Shown here in pieces: positions 53,901 to 61,925 of a stretch of 64,000 nt of DNA (positions are counted from its first letter, which is position 1; each line of letters starts with the position of its first letter). The notes beneath the pieces were generated by a model. The model was not told the origin of the DNA. It saw only the letters and a program-made list of their open reading frames with translations, and made no database searches. This DNA comes from Octopus vulgaris (Eukaryota), in NCBI GenBank assembly GCA_951406725.2, contig OX597832.1:3534001-3598000 (forward strand), read 5' to 3'. Both the position numbers and the translations under genes were made by a program.

Positions 53901-56900
53901 GTCTTGTTTCAGGGTGAGCAACTGAAAAAAGAAAAAGAACAAAAAACAGTTTTATATATATGCATACAGAAACACATTTACACATTTATGTATGTGCACA
54001 CACACACACACACATGCGCGTGCACGCAAACACACACATGCACACACACACACACATATATGAACATATACATGCATCCACATCCATACTCATATGCTCA
54101 TACATACACACATACACAATAATATATATACAGGAGAATACACATGCATGCACACACAAACTGACTCACATCCTCCAACTAATATTGATTACAGTGTTGC
54201 TTAATTGATACAGTGAAGATTGGTAAAACATTTAAAAAATAATTTCATTTGAGCTTCCAGGAATGAGTGTATACATGCAATCATATATATTCATATAGCA
54301 CACACATGCACACACACAAATTAATCACACCAGCCCGTGTACTAAAGATATAGGCATACCCATTACATGACTGCAAGTATATCCATAAGCTTATATATGT
54401 GCATGCTTTAATTCACATGTTTATGAACACTGGAACTGTCAAACTCAGAGAAAGAAGTTTTGACACTTTACAAAAAATAAGTTGAATAAATCTCAAATAC
54501 AAACATCCATAAATAGTTGTATACATATATATTTGTATGTATACGATTTGATAGAAATGAGTGTGAAATATATTTTAACCCTAACCGGTCATATCTGGCT
54601 CAAATATTCTCACTATGATCAAATCAACCAGATCTGGCCCCTCACACCTATCCTACAATGTCACTCTAGAAAGACAATGAAATCTCAAAGTTACAAGATA
54701 ATGCATGATTAATTCCAAACAATGTGAATAAATATGCATTATATTTGACAGAGTAATGCTAAAGGATTGAAACAATTTAAACCACAGTTTGACTATAACT
54801 TCTCCAATTTCTATTAGCTGTCATTAAACAATGGCCCATTTTTTATGAGGATAGAGAAAAAGACCAATCACTCTGAGGGTATCAATGAAGATACATTGGG
54901 CTCTCAGTACCTACTTGTTGTCACTTTCATATGGCACTAAGGCCCAAACCTGTAGTGCTTGTGGTATTCAAGTAACTGATCATGTGAAACTCAAATATCA
55001 TGAAAAAACAAATATAAAAAACAAAACAAAAACAAAACAACACAGAAGAAAGCTTCCATAGTTGTTCAAATACCTGTGCTGGAATTTTGTTTCTTTGTTT
55101 TAAACCTGTCTTTGTTTAATAGAATAATTCAAATCATTTGAAAAGAGAGATAACATACACATGCATCTAGATATATGTATATACACAAATACACATACAC
55201 ACATGCACACAAGTTCACATTATTGGCACTAATTAGGACTGGTTTATCAGGATTCAAAAATAGTAATGTAAGAAATCAGTCAATAAAAGAGTCTTCGTAG
55301 TCATTCTCTCTGCTTGAAATAGCTGTGAAATTTTCCTCAGAACACACTCTACAGCCTTAGAAAAGAAGTATATTGAATAATGTGAGCCTGGAAGTACTAT
55401 ATATTATTCAATGGGCACATTCTGTTTTATGAAACAGTGTGATGTGATATGAGGATGAATTGGATGCTATTTCTAACATGACAGGTACAGCATAAAAGTT
55501 CCCTCATTGATTTACAAACATTTCGCTGTAGTTTAATCTTAGTTGAGTTTCTGTTTCTATGCGGAAAAAAGGTTCTAGGATTTCTGATATAAAATTAGTA
55601 TGAATCATCACCTATTGGGGAATAATTTTAAGCCAGAATGCAAACAGTTAAATCTGAGTGTATGTTTGCATGTATGACAGGGTCCTGAAAAGTTCCTGGC
55701 TTTAACCCTTTTGTTACCATATTTTTTTGAGATGCTATGTGTTTCTTTCAATTAATTCTAAATATAACAAAGAATTTAGTAAAATAACTTAGTTATCATT
55801 AAGCTGGTGACAGGGACATAAATTGTGACTAAGATTTAGTGGAAAATTTCAATTCAGAACTTTTGAAAACAAGACATTTGTACTACAAAGCCAGATGTGG
55901 TTTCAGCCGGGTTGGCATCAAAAGGATTATGGGTAATGCAAAAGGCTAGGCTGGAGTCTCACTCTTCTGAGTTCTTTTACATGGCTTAGCAAAAAAATGA
56001 AGGACTGCTACAATAGGTGTATGAATCTGAGAGTGGAATATATTGAATGAAATCATAATTAACTGATCCTCCTGTATTTTCTTTTACCTAAAGCCAGCAC
56101 CTTCTTGTACATTTGTAAATTTGTACACCACATGTATATGTGGTGTATGTTATTCATATGTATATGTGGGTATATTTGAAAATGTGAATGTGTTAGCAAA
56201 TATGTGCTTTTATTCCATTCAGTTGTCTTTCTTACTAAGAATGATATTATTCACACTTAAAAATGTATTACTTCTAGGGAGATGATGGATTTAACGGACT
56301 ACAAGGACTTAAAGGTGCTTATGGTGACCCAGGTTCAGATGGTGTCCCTGGAGTTCCAGGACGGAAAGGTGAAATTGGTAATCCTGGTAGGGATGGGTAC
56401 CCTGCATCTCCTGGTAATCCTGGATATGATGGAGAGCCGGGTCTCCCTGGCCTCCCTGGTGCCGATGGACCATCAGGTGAAAAAGGAGACCGAGGTACTG
56501 TTGGTCTAAGTGGTCTGAAAGGTGAACAAGGAGAACCTGGTTTCCCAGGTCCTGATGGTCTTGATGGTTTGGATGGTAAGTTCAGTTTTTAGTTGCTTAC
56601 TGATACATATGTTTGTTTGTTTTGTGTGTGTGTATAATGTGTATTTGTGTGTGTATAATGTGTGTTTATGTGTGCGTGTGTTTTCATTATCATCATTTAG
56701 TGTCCGTTTTCAATGTTGACACAGGTTAGATGGTCTGACTGGAACTGGTAAGCCAGGGAGCAGTTCCAATCTGGTTTGGCTTGGTTTCTATGGCTGGATG
56801 CCCTTCTTAATGCCAATCTCTCCCCAGAGTGTACTGGGTGCCTTTTACATTTCACTGGCATAGGTGCCTTTTATCTGTCATTAGTACTGGCCACAACTAC

Positions 56901-59900
56901 AATTTCACTTAGATTGACATATCTTCTCAAGTACAGCAAATTGCCAGAAGTCTTGGTCACTTGTCATCATTTGATATGCTATAACTAAATGGGATCTTAG
57001 CAATTGCTTAAATTTTATGCTATGGTAAAACATCTTACATCACTTGGCACAAACAGTATATATATCTTATTAAATTTCATCAGACACTGATATTACAATG
57101 TTGCTTATTTTTTGTTACCTTGTGAAATACTTGCCAAACACTTTTCTCAAGTTTTTGTACAGTGACAAAATAGTTTTGGTGTTCAAATCATTTGTATTAT
57201 TTTATAATTTCTTTAGTTGGTTCTAAATTTTTCATTGTTTTTTTTTTCATCCAAGAAATTGATTTGCAAGTGAATTTCGTTTTTCATTTGCTGTATTGTG
57301 ATCAATAACAATGTTATTGATTCTGGTGATTCGTCAACTTTTGTATTGATCTTAATGATGTTTTAAATTTTATGGAAAATATCACCAAGTAAAATGTTTG
57401 CTCATTCTTTGTTAATCTTAACAAAAATATGTCATTAATATTTACTTTTGTTTCTTTCAGGACCGCCTGGTGAAAGAGGTGATGGATTGAGTAATGTTCG
57501 TAAGTAGATTAAATTGTTGATACACATTCAATAAAAGTTTGAATAAAATCTTTTAGTTGAGAAGCTGGAGGATGTTACGTTACAAGTAGATTATCAGCAA
57601 CAAAATGTAATTTTTCCTATTAAGATCTTCCATGTTTTACGAGCAATTAAATAACTTTGGCTTGTAGTAAAAGTCACAGGAAATTAAGTATGTGTATATA
57701 CAAGAACATGTGCTTGTCTGTTTATATGTATTTATATTTGTACTGTAAAACATGATACATTTTGAGTGTGTGTGTACATACATCAGTGGTTCTCATCCAT
57801 TGTCCACATAGCTCCTTCGGGTCCATTATTAGATTTTTGGGGTCCACACAAGCAAAATTGTAGACTGGGGATCCACAATAGAATATTAAGTGTCTATAAA
57901 ATAATTTTGCTTTAAGTCTTTTTATTGCAAGAAACAGCAAGGTTTCTTTCTCTAATGTTTTGCATGGCTCAAATTGCCAAAGTGAATGTGTGAAAACAAA
58001 ATCGTAATTTTAAGGAAGAATCTGTAAAATTCGTTTTTAAACATTAAATAAATCATCATCATCATCATCATCATTTAGCGTCCGCTTTCCATGCTAGCAT
58101 GGGTTCGACGGTTCAACTGGGGTCTGTGAAGCCAGAAGGCTGCATCAGGCCCAGTCTGATCTGGCAGTGTTTCTATGGCTGGATGCCCTTCCTAACGCCA
58201 ACCACTCCGTGAGTGTAGTGGGTGCTTTTTACGTGCCGCCCGCACAGGTGCCAGACGGAGCTGGCAAACGGCCATGGACAGATGGTGCTTTTTACGTGCC
58301 ACCGGCATGGGGGCCAGGTGAGGCTGGCAACGGCCATGAACGGATGGTGCTACGTGCCACCGGCACGGGGGCCAGGCGAGGCTGGCAATGGCCACAAATG
58401 GATGGTGCTTTTTACGTGCCACCGGCACGGAGGCCAGTCGGGGCAGCGTTGGCAATGGCCATGATCGGATGGTTCGCTTACTTGTCACCGGCACTGGTAT
58501 CACAGCTGCAATTTCCATTGATGTTGATCGGCTTCGATTTTGGTTCTGCTTTCTGATATCTGATTTAATTTATTTTGATTTTGATTTTGATTTTTTTGAT
58601 TTTCACTTGCCTCAACGGGTCTTCACAAGTGGAGTTCTGTGTCCCAAGAAGGAAAGGTATGTATAAGTCGACTGGCTACATACCAGGTAGAGGCCACAGG
58701 TTATGGTCTCACTAGTCTTGCTGGGTCTTCTCACGCACAGCATACTTCCATAGGTCTCGGTCTCTAGTCATTTCCTAAAGTTCGGAGTTTATGCTTCACC
58801 ACCTTGTCCCAGGTTTTCCTGGGTCTACCTCTTCCACAGGTTCCCTCAACTGCTAGGGTGTGGCACTTTTGCACACAACTATCTTCAGCCATTCTCGTCA
58901 CATGACCATACCAGCGCAAACGTCTCTCTTGCACACCACAACTGATGCTTCTTAGGTCCAACTTTTCTCTCAAGGTACTTACACTCTGTCGATTATGAAC
59001 ACTGACATTACACATCCATTGGAGCATACTGGCTTCATTTCTTGTGAGCTTACGCATATCCTCAGCAGTCACAGCCCATGTTTCACACCATGTAGCATGG
59101 CTGTACGTACACATGCATCATACAGTCTGCCTTTTACTCTGAGTGAGAGGCCTTTTGTCACCAGCAGGGGTAAGAGCTCTCTAAACTTTGCCCAGGCTAT
59201 TCTTACTCTAGCAGTTACACTTTCAGCACACCCACCCCCGCTACTGACTTGGTCACCTAGGTAGCGGAAGCTATCAACTACTTCTAGTTTTTCTCCCTGG
59301 AACGTGGTAGAAGTTGGTCTCTGCACATTTTCAGTGTTTATTGCTCCTGAGCATCTGCCACAGACAAAAACTATTTTCCTAGTTAGCCTTCCTTTGACAT
59401 TGCTACACCTCTTATGTGTCCATAGCTTACACTTGGTGCACCTAATAGAGTTTCTACCTATGCCTTTTTTACAGATCGAGCAGGGCCATCTACCTGAAGG
59501 CGTTTGTGATTGGTCTATCTTCCTACTTATTAGGACTTTGGTTTTGGCTAGGTTGACTCTAAGGCCCTTCGATTCTAAACCTGGCTTCCACACCTGAAAC
59601 TTTTCCTCCAGTTCTGATAGTGACTCAGCAATTAGAGCAAGGTCGGCTTAAAATAATAATCAGAGGGGTTTATAGGTAAAAAATGGTTGAGAACCTCTGA
59701 TATACACACTTGAGAGTGGGCATAATGCATGACAGATACAATAGATATGTATGCACATATATATATTTTGTGAGGACACATATGAGCTGAAAATGATTAA
59801 TGTATATCTTTGTAGTTATAGTACAGAATATACAATATGCTTAAGCAATTCATTTTGATTGTACATCACTTAATTCAACCTGAACCAACTGCTATAGTGA

Positions 59901-61382
59901 CAGTGTTTCTTGTTTAAAACAGCCATGCCTAGTTATCGTGATATATTACCTTTGTTAGCAGGAAAGCACCTGCAAATTACACAGGCACATTTTTATTTGT
60001 CCATCATTTCAGCACTTCTGTATGAGTACATTTTATATGAACACCTTAATGCTAATTATGTTATAAATACTGGGCAGTTTGATGTTATGAATGGTGAGTT
60101 TAGATGTATACACAAGAAAATTATGTAGTATGATGTATTATATGCAATGCATTACATATAGTACATTGATTTATATATATATACATGCAAGTCTTTATGA
60201 TAATATTAATTTCTGTAAAAAATTTCAGTTTAAATTCATTTTACTATCTCACATTATCAGAAATAATTCTCTATTATTTGTAGAAGCTCCTGATCATGGA
60301 AATCCTGGTGATCCCGGCAGGAGAGGTGAAACAGGTAATGCTGGTACTCCAGGTCAGAATGGATCAAGTGGCTTCAAAGGAGAACGAGGACTTCCAGGTA
60401 CTTCTCTTGATGGTTACCCAGGTGCTCGAGGAGATGATGGTCTACCAGGATTGCCCGGTAAGTTTTCATCTTATTTTATTATTCTCTGTTTAAATTATAA
60501 TTATAAGTTTTCAGCTATCATCTGATTTCTGGACCAAGTAAAAATTTTTTGGATAATCTTTATAAAGTGAAATAAACAAAGATATGTCTAACTGATAAGG
60601 TATGAAGGGCAAGCAAAAGTATTAATGCAAAATTAATATTATATGTAATATTGGCTTGTAATATCTAGTGAATATTTGCTTTTTTTTCAAGGAAATTCAT
60701 CACAAAAGTAAAAACGAAAATTTTAAATAGTTTATATTTTCATGCTTTTAGAAAGTGAAAGCAAAATAAAAATCTTTTTGAAATGATTTCTGTTACAAAA
60801 TATGAAAGGGAAAAATAAAATTACAATAGATTATTGATCTAATTTGATATTTAATGATGGTTGCTTTAATTATCTGGATGTCATGGGAGTTACAACTGTT
60901 TTTCCATAGTAATAATAGCTGAGACATCAGACAGCAAAGCTTAGCTAATTTATTATATTTACTTTGGTGGTTTGTTTGTCTAAATTCAAATGTTGCTGGG
61001 ATTGATTGCTCAATCATTTAATTCTGTTCAAGGAAACAAATAACATCAGTAAACTGATTTGCATAATAATCTCCTTTAAAAATTTGTCCTTGTCTGAGAT
61101 ATTATTGGAAAGAAAGAAAAAAGATTTATAGACATTATTTGACTTCAGTGAAGTTTGGCATCTAAAACAGACTTCAACATAAATAATTACTATCCTACAA
61201 TTAACTGATGCAATAATTATAAAAGCTTTAATTTCTTATATGTTTTAGGTGATAATGGTTTGCCAGGTCGTGATGGTGTTCCTGGTTTACCTGGATTTCC
61301 AGGAGAACCAGGGGACAGGGGATACCCTGGATTGAGTGGAAATGATGGACTTCCAGGACTAACTGGAGACTCAGGAATACAT
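6357..61382 (+). CDS. COL4A1: Type IV (basement membrane) collagen, alpha1-like chain; partial gene with 29 exons, N-terminus and NC1 outside the window
   Basis: 29 exons with AG/GT(GC) borders join in frame into 1213 codons of Gly-X-Y with many short interruptions. The first 8 introns are phase 0 and most later ones split a Gly codon, as in COL4A genes. Interruptions [17 protein letters not shown] and [10 protein letters not shown] resemble alpha1(IV) landmarks as recalled. Collagen IV is a firm call; the alpha1 versus alpha2 assignment is less sure without NC1. Confidence 0.8.
6898..6972 (+). CDS. COL4A1: Collagen IV exon w2 (75 nt, 0/0)
   Basis: attag|[25 protein letters not shown]|gtatgt. 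Confidence 0.92.
7326..7780 (-). mobile_element. Two tandem tRNA-derived SINE copies separated and flanked by (AAT)n
   Basis: 7326-7560 and ~7603-7778 align (gcacaaggcctgaaat...ccctgaaaagatgaaagg...ctcagaac...ttctgctagcttgc); the minus strand has a B-box-like gagttcaaattc and an (ATT)n tail. Confidence 0.8.
7801..9145 (+). mobile_element. Truncated R4/Dong-like (RLE-type) non-LTR retrotransposon, pseudogenised
   Basis: RT motifs [13 protein letters not shown] and [11 protein letters not shown]; GGRGL; CCHC knuckle [18 protein letters not shown] followed by RHD; TGA stops at 8253 and 8745 plus a frameshift; abuts (TAA)n. Confidence 0.88.
9457..9678 (+). mobile_element. Mariner-derived MITE (~220 bp)
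   Basis: TIRs gtgctgaaaagttcctggcttt / aaagccaggaacttttcagcac, TA flanks; retains the transposase C-terminus [23 protein letters not shown]. Confidence 0.85.
10213..10351 (-). mobile_element. SINE 3' fragment
   Basis: ttttacttgtttcagtcatttgactgtggccatgctggagcaccgcc...tctcttttgccgaaccgctaa; decayed relatives at ~30150-30310 and ~22460-22600. Confidence 0.7.
10656..10718 (+). CDS. COL4A1: Collagen IV exon w3 (63 nt, 0/0)
   Basis: tgtag|[21 protein letters not shown]|gtaggt. Confidence 0.92.
11570..12050 (-). mobile_element. Decayed Tc1-like transposase fragment
   Basis: The minus strand gives PQSPDLNII (Tc1 SPDLNPIE motif) near 11805-11835 and [11 protein letters not shown] near 11915-11950. 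Confidence 0.6.
13454..13540 (+). CDS. COL4A1: Collagen IV exon w4 (87 nt, 0/0)
   Basis: aacag|[29 protein letters not shown]|gtaaat. Confidence 0.93.
14110..14925 (-). mobile_element. Decayed 3' fragment of a Penelope-like element, same family as 33407-35860
   Basis: Minus strand [29 protein letters not shown]...VLYQHA matches the GIY-YIG region at 34890-35070; 14125-14196 is the reverse complement of the tail at 35777-35848. Confidence 0.8.
15028..15159 (+). CDS. COL4A1: Collagen IV exon w5 (132 nt, 0/0)
   Basis: taaag|[44 protein letters not shown]|gttaaa. Confidence 0.92.
15636..17583 (-). mobile_element. Decayed Tigger/pogo DNA transposon
   Basis: CENP-B-type HTH (LYDWF...[13 protein letters not shown]...FKASKGWF) and DDE ([10 protein letters not shown]...[12 protein letters not shown]) fragments; degenerate TIRs ctgctttataa / ttataaagcag. 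Confidence 0.85.
18262..18324 (+). CDS. COL4A1: Collagen IV exon w6 (63 nt, 0/0)
   Basis: ggcag|[21 protein letters not shown]|gtaagc. Confidence 0.92.
18862..18960 (+). CDS. COL4A1: Collagen IV exon w7 (99 nt, 0/0), GC donor
   Basis: tacag|[33 protein letters not shown]|gcaagt. Confidence 0.9.
19169..19240 (+). CDS. COL4A1: Collagen IV exon w8 (72 nt, 0/0)
   Basis: tacag|[24 protein letters not shown]|gtaagt. Confidence 0.93.
20187..20268 (+). CDS. COL4A1: Collagen IV exon w9 (82 nt, 0/1)
   Basis: tgtag|[27 protein letters not shown]+g|gtaaac. Confidence 0.9.
20469..20652 (+). mobile_element. Mariner-derived MITE copy, 3'-truncated at a (TA)n tract
   Basis: Aligns with 9457-9640 (gaaaagttcctgg...gaggaatatgttgaataaaatcataatt). 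Confidence 0.8.
20696..21019 (+). mobile_element. 3' UTR fragment of an RTE-type LINE with (GAT)n tail
   Basis: Reverse-complement similarity to 58052-58480; further minus-strand remnants at ~56688-56970 and ~63484-63680. Confidence 0.75.
22244..22600 (+). mobile_element. tRNA-derived SINE (decayed)
   Basis: A-box-like tagctgtatggtaa, B-box-like ggttcagtcc, core tgtcttctactatagc; further copies at ~21410-21520 and ~43535-43685. Confidence 0.7.
23255..23377 (+). CDS. COL4A1: Collagen IV exon w10 (123 nt, 1/1)
   Basis: aacag|(G)[40 protein letters not shown]|gtaaat. Confidence 0.93.
24632..24940 (+). CDS. COL4A1: Collagen IV exon w11 (309 nt, 1/1)
   Basis: gatag|(G)[15 protein letters not shown]...GIRGDLG...GWPGTYGGK|gtaaga. 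Confidence 0.94.
25074..25154 (+). CDS. COL4A1: Collagen IV exon w12 (81 nt, 1/1), CxxC interruption
   Basis: cgtag|(G)[26 protein letters not shown]|gtatgg. Confidence 0.92.
26039..26136 (+). CDS. COL4A1: Collagen IV exon w13 (98 nt, 1/0)
   Basis: tgcag|(G)[32 protein letters not shown]|gtaaat. Confidence 0.93.
26357..26548 (+). CDS. COL4A1: Collagen IV exon w14 (192 nt, 0/0)
   Basis: cttag|[31 protein letters not shown]...GPAGYPGET|gttatt. Confidence 0.91.
27904..28069 (+). CDS. COL4A1: Collagen IV exon w15 (166 nt, 0/1)
   Basis: attag|[18 protein letters not shown]...[11 protein letters not shown]+g|gtatca. Confidence 0.9.
29226..29309 (+). CDS. COL4A1: Collagen IV exon w16 (84 nt, 1/1)
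   Basis: tatag|(G)[27 protein letters not shown]|gtatgt. Confidence 0.92.
29448..29662 (+). CDS. COL4A1: Collagen IV exon w17 (215 nt, 1/0)
   Basis: tgcag|(G)[17 protein letters not shown]...GLIGRPGSK|gtgagt. Confidence 0.94.
31998..32115 (+). CDS. COL4A1: Collagen IV exon w18 (118 nt, 0/1)
   Basis: caaag|[39 protein letters not shown]+g|gtagga. Confidence 0.92.
32595..33082 (-). mobile_element. RTE-type LINE fragment, same family as 58052-59646
   Basis: [17 protein letters not shown]...[10 protein letters not shown] and RT motifs ([14 protein letters not shown]) on the minus strand, frameshifted. Confidence 0.82.
33196..33365 (+). mobile_element. 5'-truncated copy of the small hammerhead-bearing repeat seen at 38087-38230
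   Basis: 33196-33309 is ~80% identical (by eye) to the reverse complement of 38087-38200; keeps only the GAAA half of the core. Confidence 0.75.
33486..33530 (-). ncRNA. Minimal type I hammerhead ribozyme, left inverted arm
   Basis: Exact reverse complement of 35636-35680. Confidence 0.8.
35636..35680 (+). ncRNA. Minimal type I hammerhead ribozyme in the PLE 3' pseudo-LTR
   Basis: ggacca CUGAUGA g GUCACA-gaag-UGUGAC GAAA G-aa-C UC^ uggcc: intact core, 6-bp stem II, 2-bp stem III, stem I with one bulge. Confidence 0.82.
35861..37880 (-). mobile_element. Second Penelope-like family (YRDD-type RT + GIY-YIG), decayed
   Basis: [44 protein letters not shown]; endonuclease [15 protein letters not shown]...STGLSKYIW...CLLC; left boundary approximate. 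Confidence 0.85.
38170..38220 (-). ncRNA. Type I hammerhead ribozyme variant with G3:C8 core
   Basis: uuuguca GUGAACA ggu...acc GAAA aua uUU^ ugacaaa: 7-bp stem I, palindromic AAUAUU stem III region. Confidence 0.65.
41218..41331 (+). CDS. COL4A1: Collagen IV exon w19 (114 nt, 1/1)
   Basis: ttaag|(G)[37 protein letters not shown]|gtatgg. Confidence 0.92.
41910..42790 (+). mobile_element. Internally deleted mariner element
   Basis: TIRs cccaaaagtaaccagaa / ttctggtttcttttggg; N-terminal [15 protein letters not shown]...VYEWF..F...SFEDQPRSG; C-terminal remnant; TA flanks. Confidence 0.85.
43163..43333 (+). CDS. COL4A1: Collagen IV exon w20 (171 nt, 1/1)
   Basis: ttaag|(G)[29 protein letters not shown]...GPRGSD|gtttgt. 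Confidence 0.91.
45391..45606 (-). mobile_element. Mariner-derived MITE copy (same family as 9457-9678)
   Basis: TIRs tactgaaaagttcct / aggaacttttcagta; the interior aligns with 9457-9678 when read in the same direction, so the strand label is nominal. Confidence 0.8.
45753..45842 (+). CDS. COL4A1: Collagen IV exon w21 (90 nt, 1/1)
   Basis: ttcag|(G)[29 protein letters not shown]|gtaaga. Confidence 0.93.
46891..48530 (-). mobile_element. Penelope-like element 3' part (GIY-YIG + pseudo-LTR), same family as 35861-37880
   Basis: VVYKC...[16 protein letters not shown]...[12 protein letters not shown]...LLCTNE (47827-48162); AT-rich 3' region containing a hammerhead; abuts (TA)n. Confidence 0.85.
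47105..47213 (-). ncRNA. Type I hammerhead ribozyme with extended stem II
   Basis: gac CUGAAGA GUGGCUAUAU-(60 nt)-AUGUAGUUAC GAAAC gugc GUA^ guc. Confidence 0.78.
48686..49635. repeat. ~950-bp AT-only satellite, unit approximately TATATATGTATTATATAT
   Basis: Directly visible; source of the 173-298 aa I/Y/C ORFs; similar shorter tract at 46186-46612. Confidence 0.95.
49728..49886 (+). CDS. COL4A1: Collagen IV exon w22 (159 nt, 1/1)
   Basis: tttag|(G)[14 protein letters not shown]...[14 protein letters not shown]|gtctgt. Confidence 0.91.
51276..51371 (+). CDS. COL4A1: Collagen IV exon w23 (96 nt, 1/1)
   Basis: tatag|(G)[31 protein letters not shown]|gtacag. Confidence 0.89.
52515..52604 (+). 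CDS. COL4A1: Collagen IV exon w24 (90 nt, 1/1)
   Basis: ttcag|(G)[29 protein letters not shown]|gtaagt. Confidence 0.93.
53066..53199 (+). CDS. COL4A1: Collagen IV exon w25 (134 nt, 1/0)
   Basis: tttag|(G)[14 protein letters not shown]...GRDGFPGAP|gtgggt; phase 0 is required by the next exon. Confidence 0.89.
54575..54770. mobile_element. Decayed piggyBac-type MITE
   Basis: TTAA-CCCT left end and gctaaagga-ttga right end. Confidence 0.45.
55673..56110 (+). mobile_element. Mariner-derived MITE interrupted by a piggyBac-type MITE (55706-55926)
   Basis: gaaaagttcctggct-TTAA|cccttttgttacc...ggcatcaaaagga|TTAT-gggtaatgc then resumes the 9457-type MITE. Confidence 0.78.
56278..56575 (+). CDS. 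COL4A1: Collagen IV exon w26 (298 nt, 0/1)
   Basis: tctag|[18 protein letters not shown]...GPDGLDGLD+g|gtaagt. Confidence 0.94.
57461..57499 (+). CDS. COL4A1: Collagen IV exon w27 (39 nt micro-exon, 1/1)
   Basis: tttcag|(G)[12 protein letters not shown]+c|gtaagt. Confidence 0.88.
57784..59699. mobile_element. hAT-type MITE split by a LINE insertion
   Basis: TIRs cagtggttctca / tgagaacctctg; 8-bp flanks acatacat / atatacac (6/8 match). Confidence 0.65.
58052..59646 (-). mobile_element. 5'-truncated RTE-type LINE with PHD-like finger, 3' UTR tandem repeats and (GAT)n tail
   Basis: [22 protein letters not shown]...C..C...H..C...[26 protein letters not shown]; ~60-bp unit x4 at 58220-58480; (ATC)n at 58052-58074. 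Confidence 0.9.
60284..60457 (+). CDS. COL4A1: Collagen IV exon w28 (174 nt, 1/1)
   Basis: tgtag|(Q)[16 protein letters not shown]...[12 protein letters not shown]|gtaagt. Confidence 0.91.
61249..61382 (+). CDS. COL4A1: Collagen IV exon w29 (134 nt, 1/0); 3' end less certain
   Basis: tttag|(G)[17 protein letters not shown]...GDSGIH|gtaata (weak donor; next exon not in window). Confidence 0.86.
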
Positions 61383-61870
61383 GTAATACAAATGTTTCTA
61401 CACTCCATTTAAAAATACTTGAATATTTTAAATAATTTGGGCAGCATTTCATTCCCCCTGAATTGATAATATTTCCTGCAGTTATATGTAATCCATTAAT
61501 TCCTTATTGTCATATCATTACAACATAGTCTCCTTCTGCATCGGTAGCTGACCCAAAAATAGTTATGATGTTAATAAAGATGTTACTTGTAGCAAATATT
61601 GTTGAGTAGAAATAAACTGCTATTAAGCTAAATTCACTAATAGGCTTCAATTAACATCCGTTGTCATTTCTCTTCCCTTAGAATGCTTATGGTTTTGAGA
61701 GATGTATGAATGCCTTACAATATATTTTCCTTCTCAACAATATGTGTGGGTGTATGTGTCTATGTGTGCATATGTATAGGTACATACACTCCCCATACCA
61801 CACACACACACACACACATATATATATCCATTTATGTAAACTCTTGCCCAAATTTATATATACATGTGTA

Positions 61871-61925
<55 letters not shown>

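Noticed and set aside
58220-58480. ~60-bp GC-rich repeats as a CRISPR-like array
   Set aside because: Tandem degenerate units without unique spacers, in a eukaryotic LINE 3' UTR
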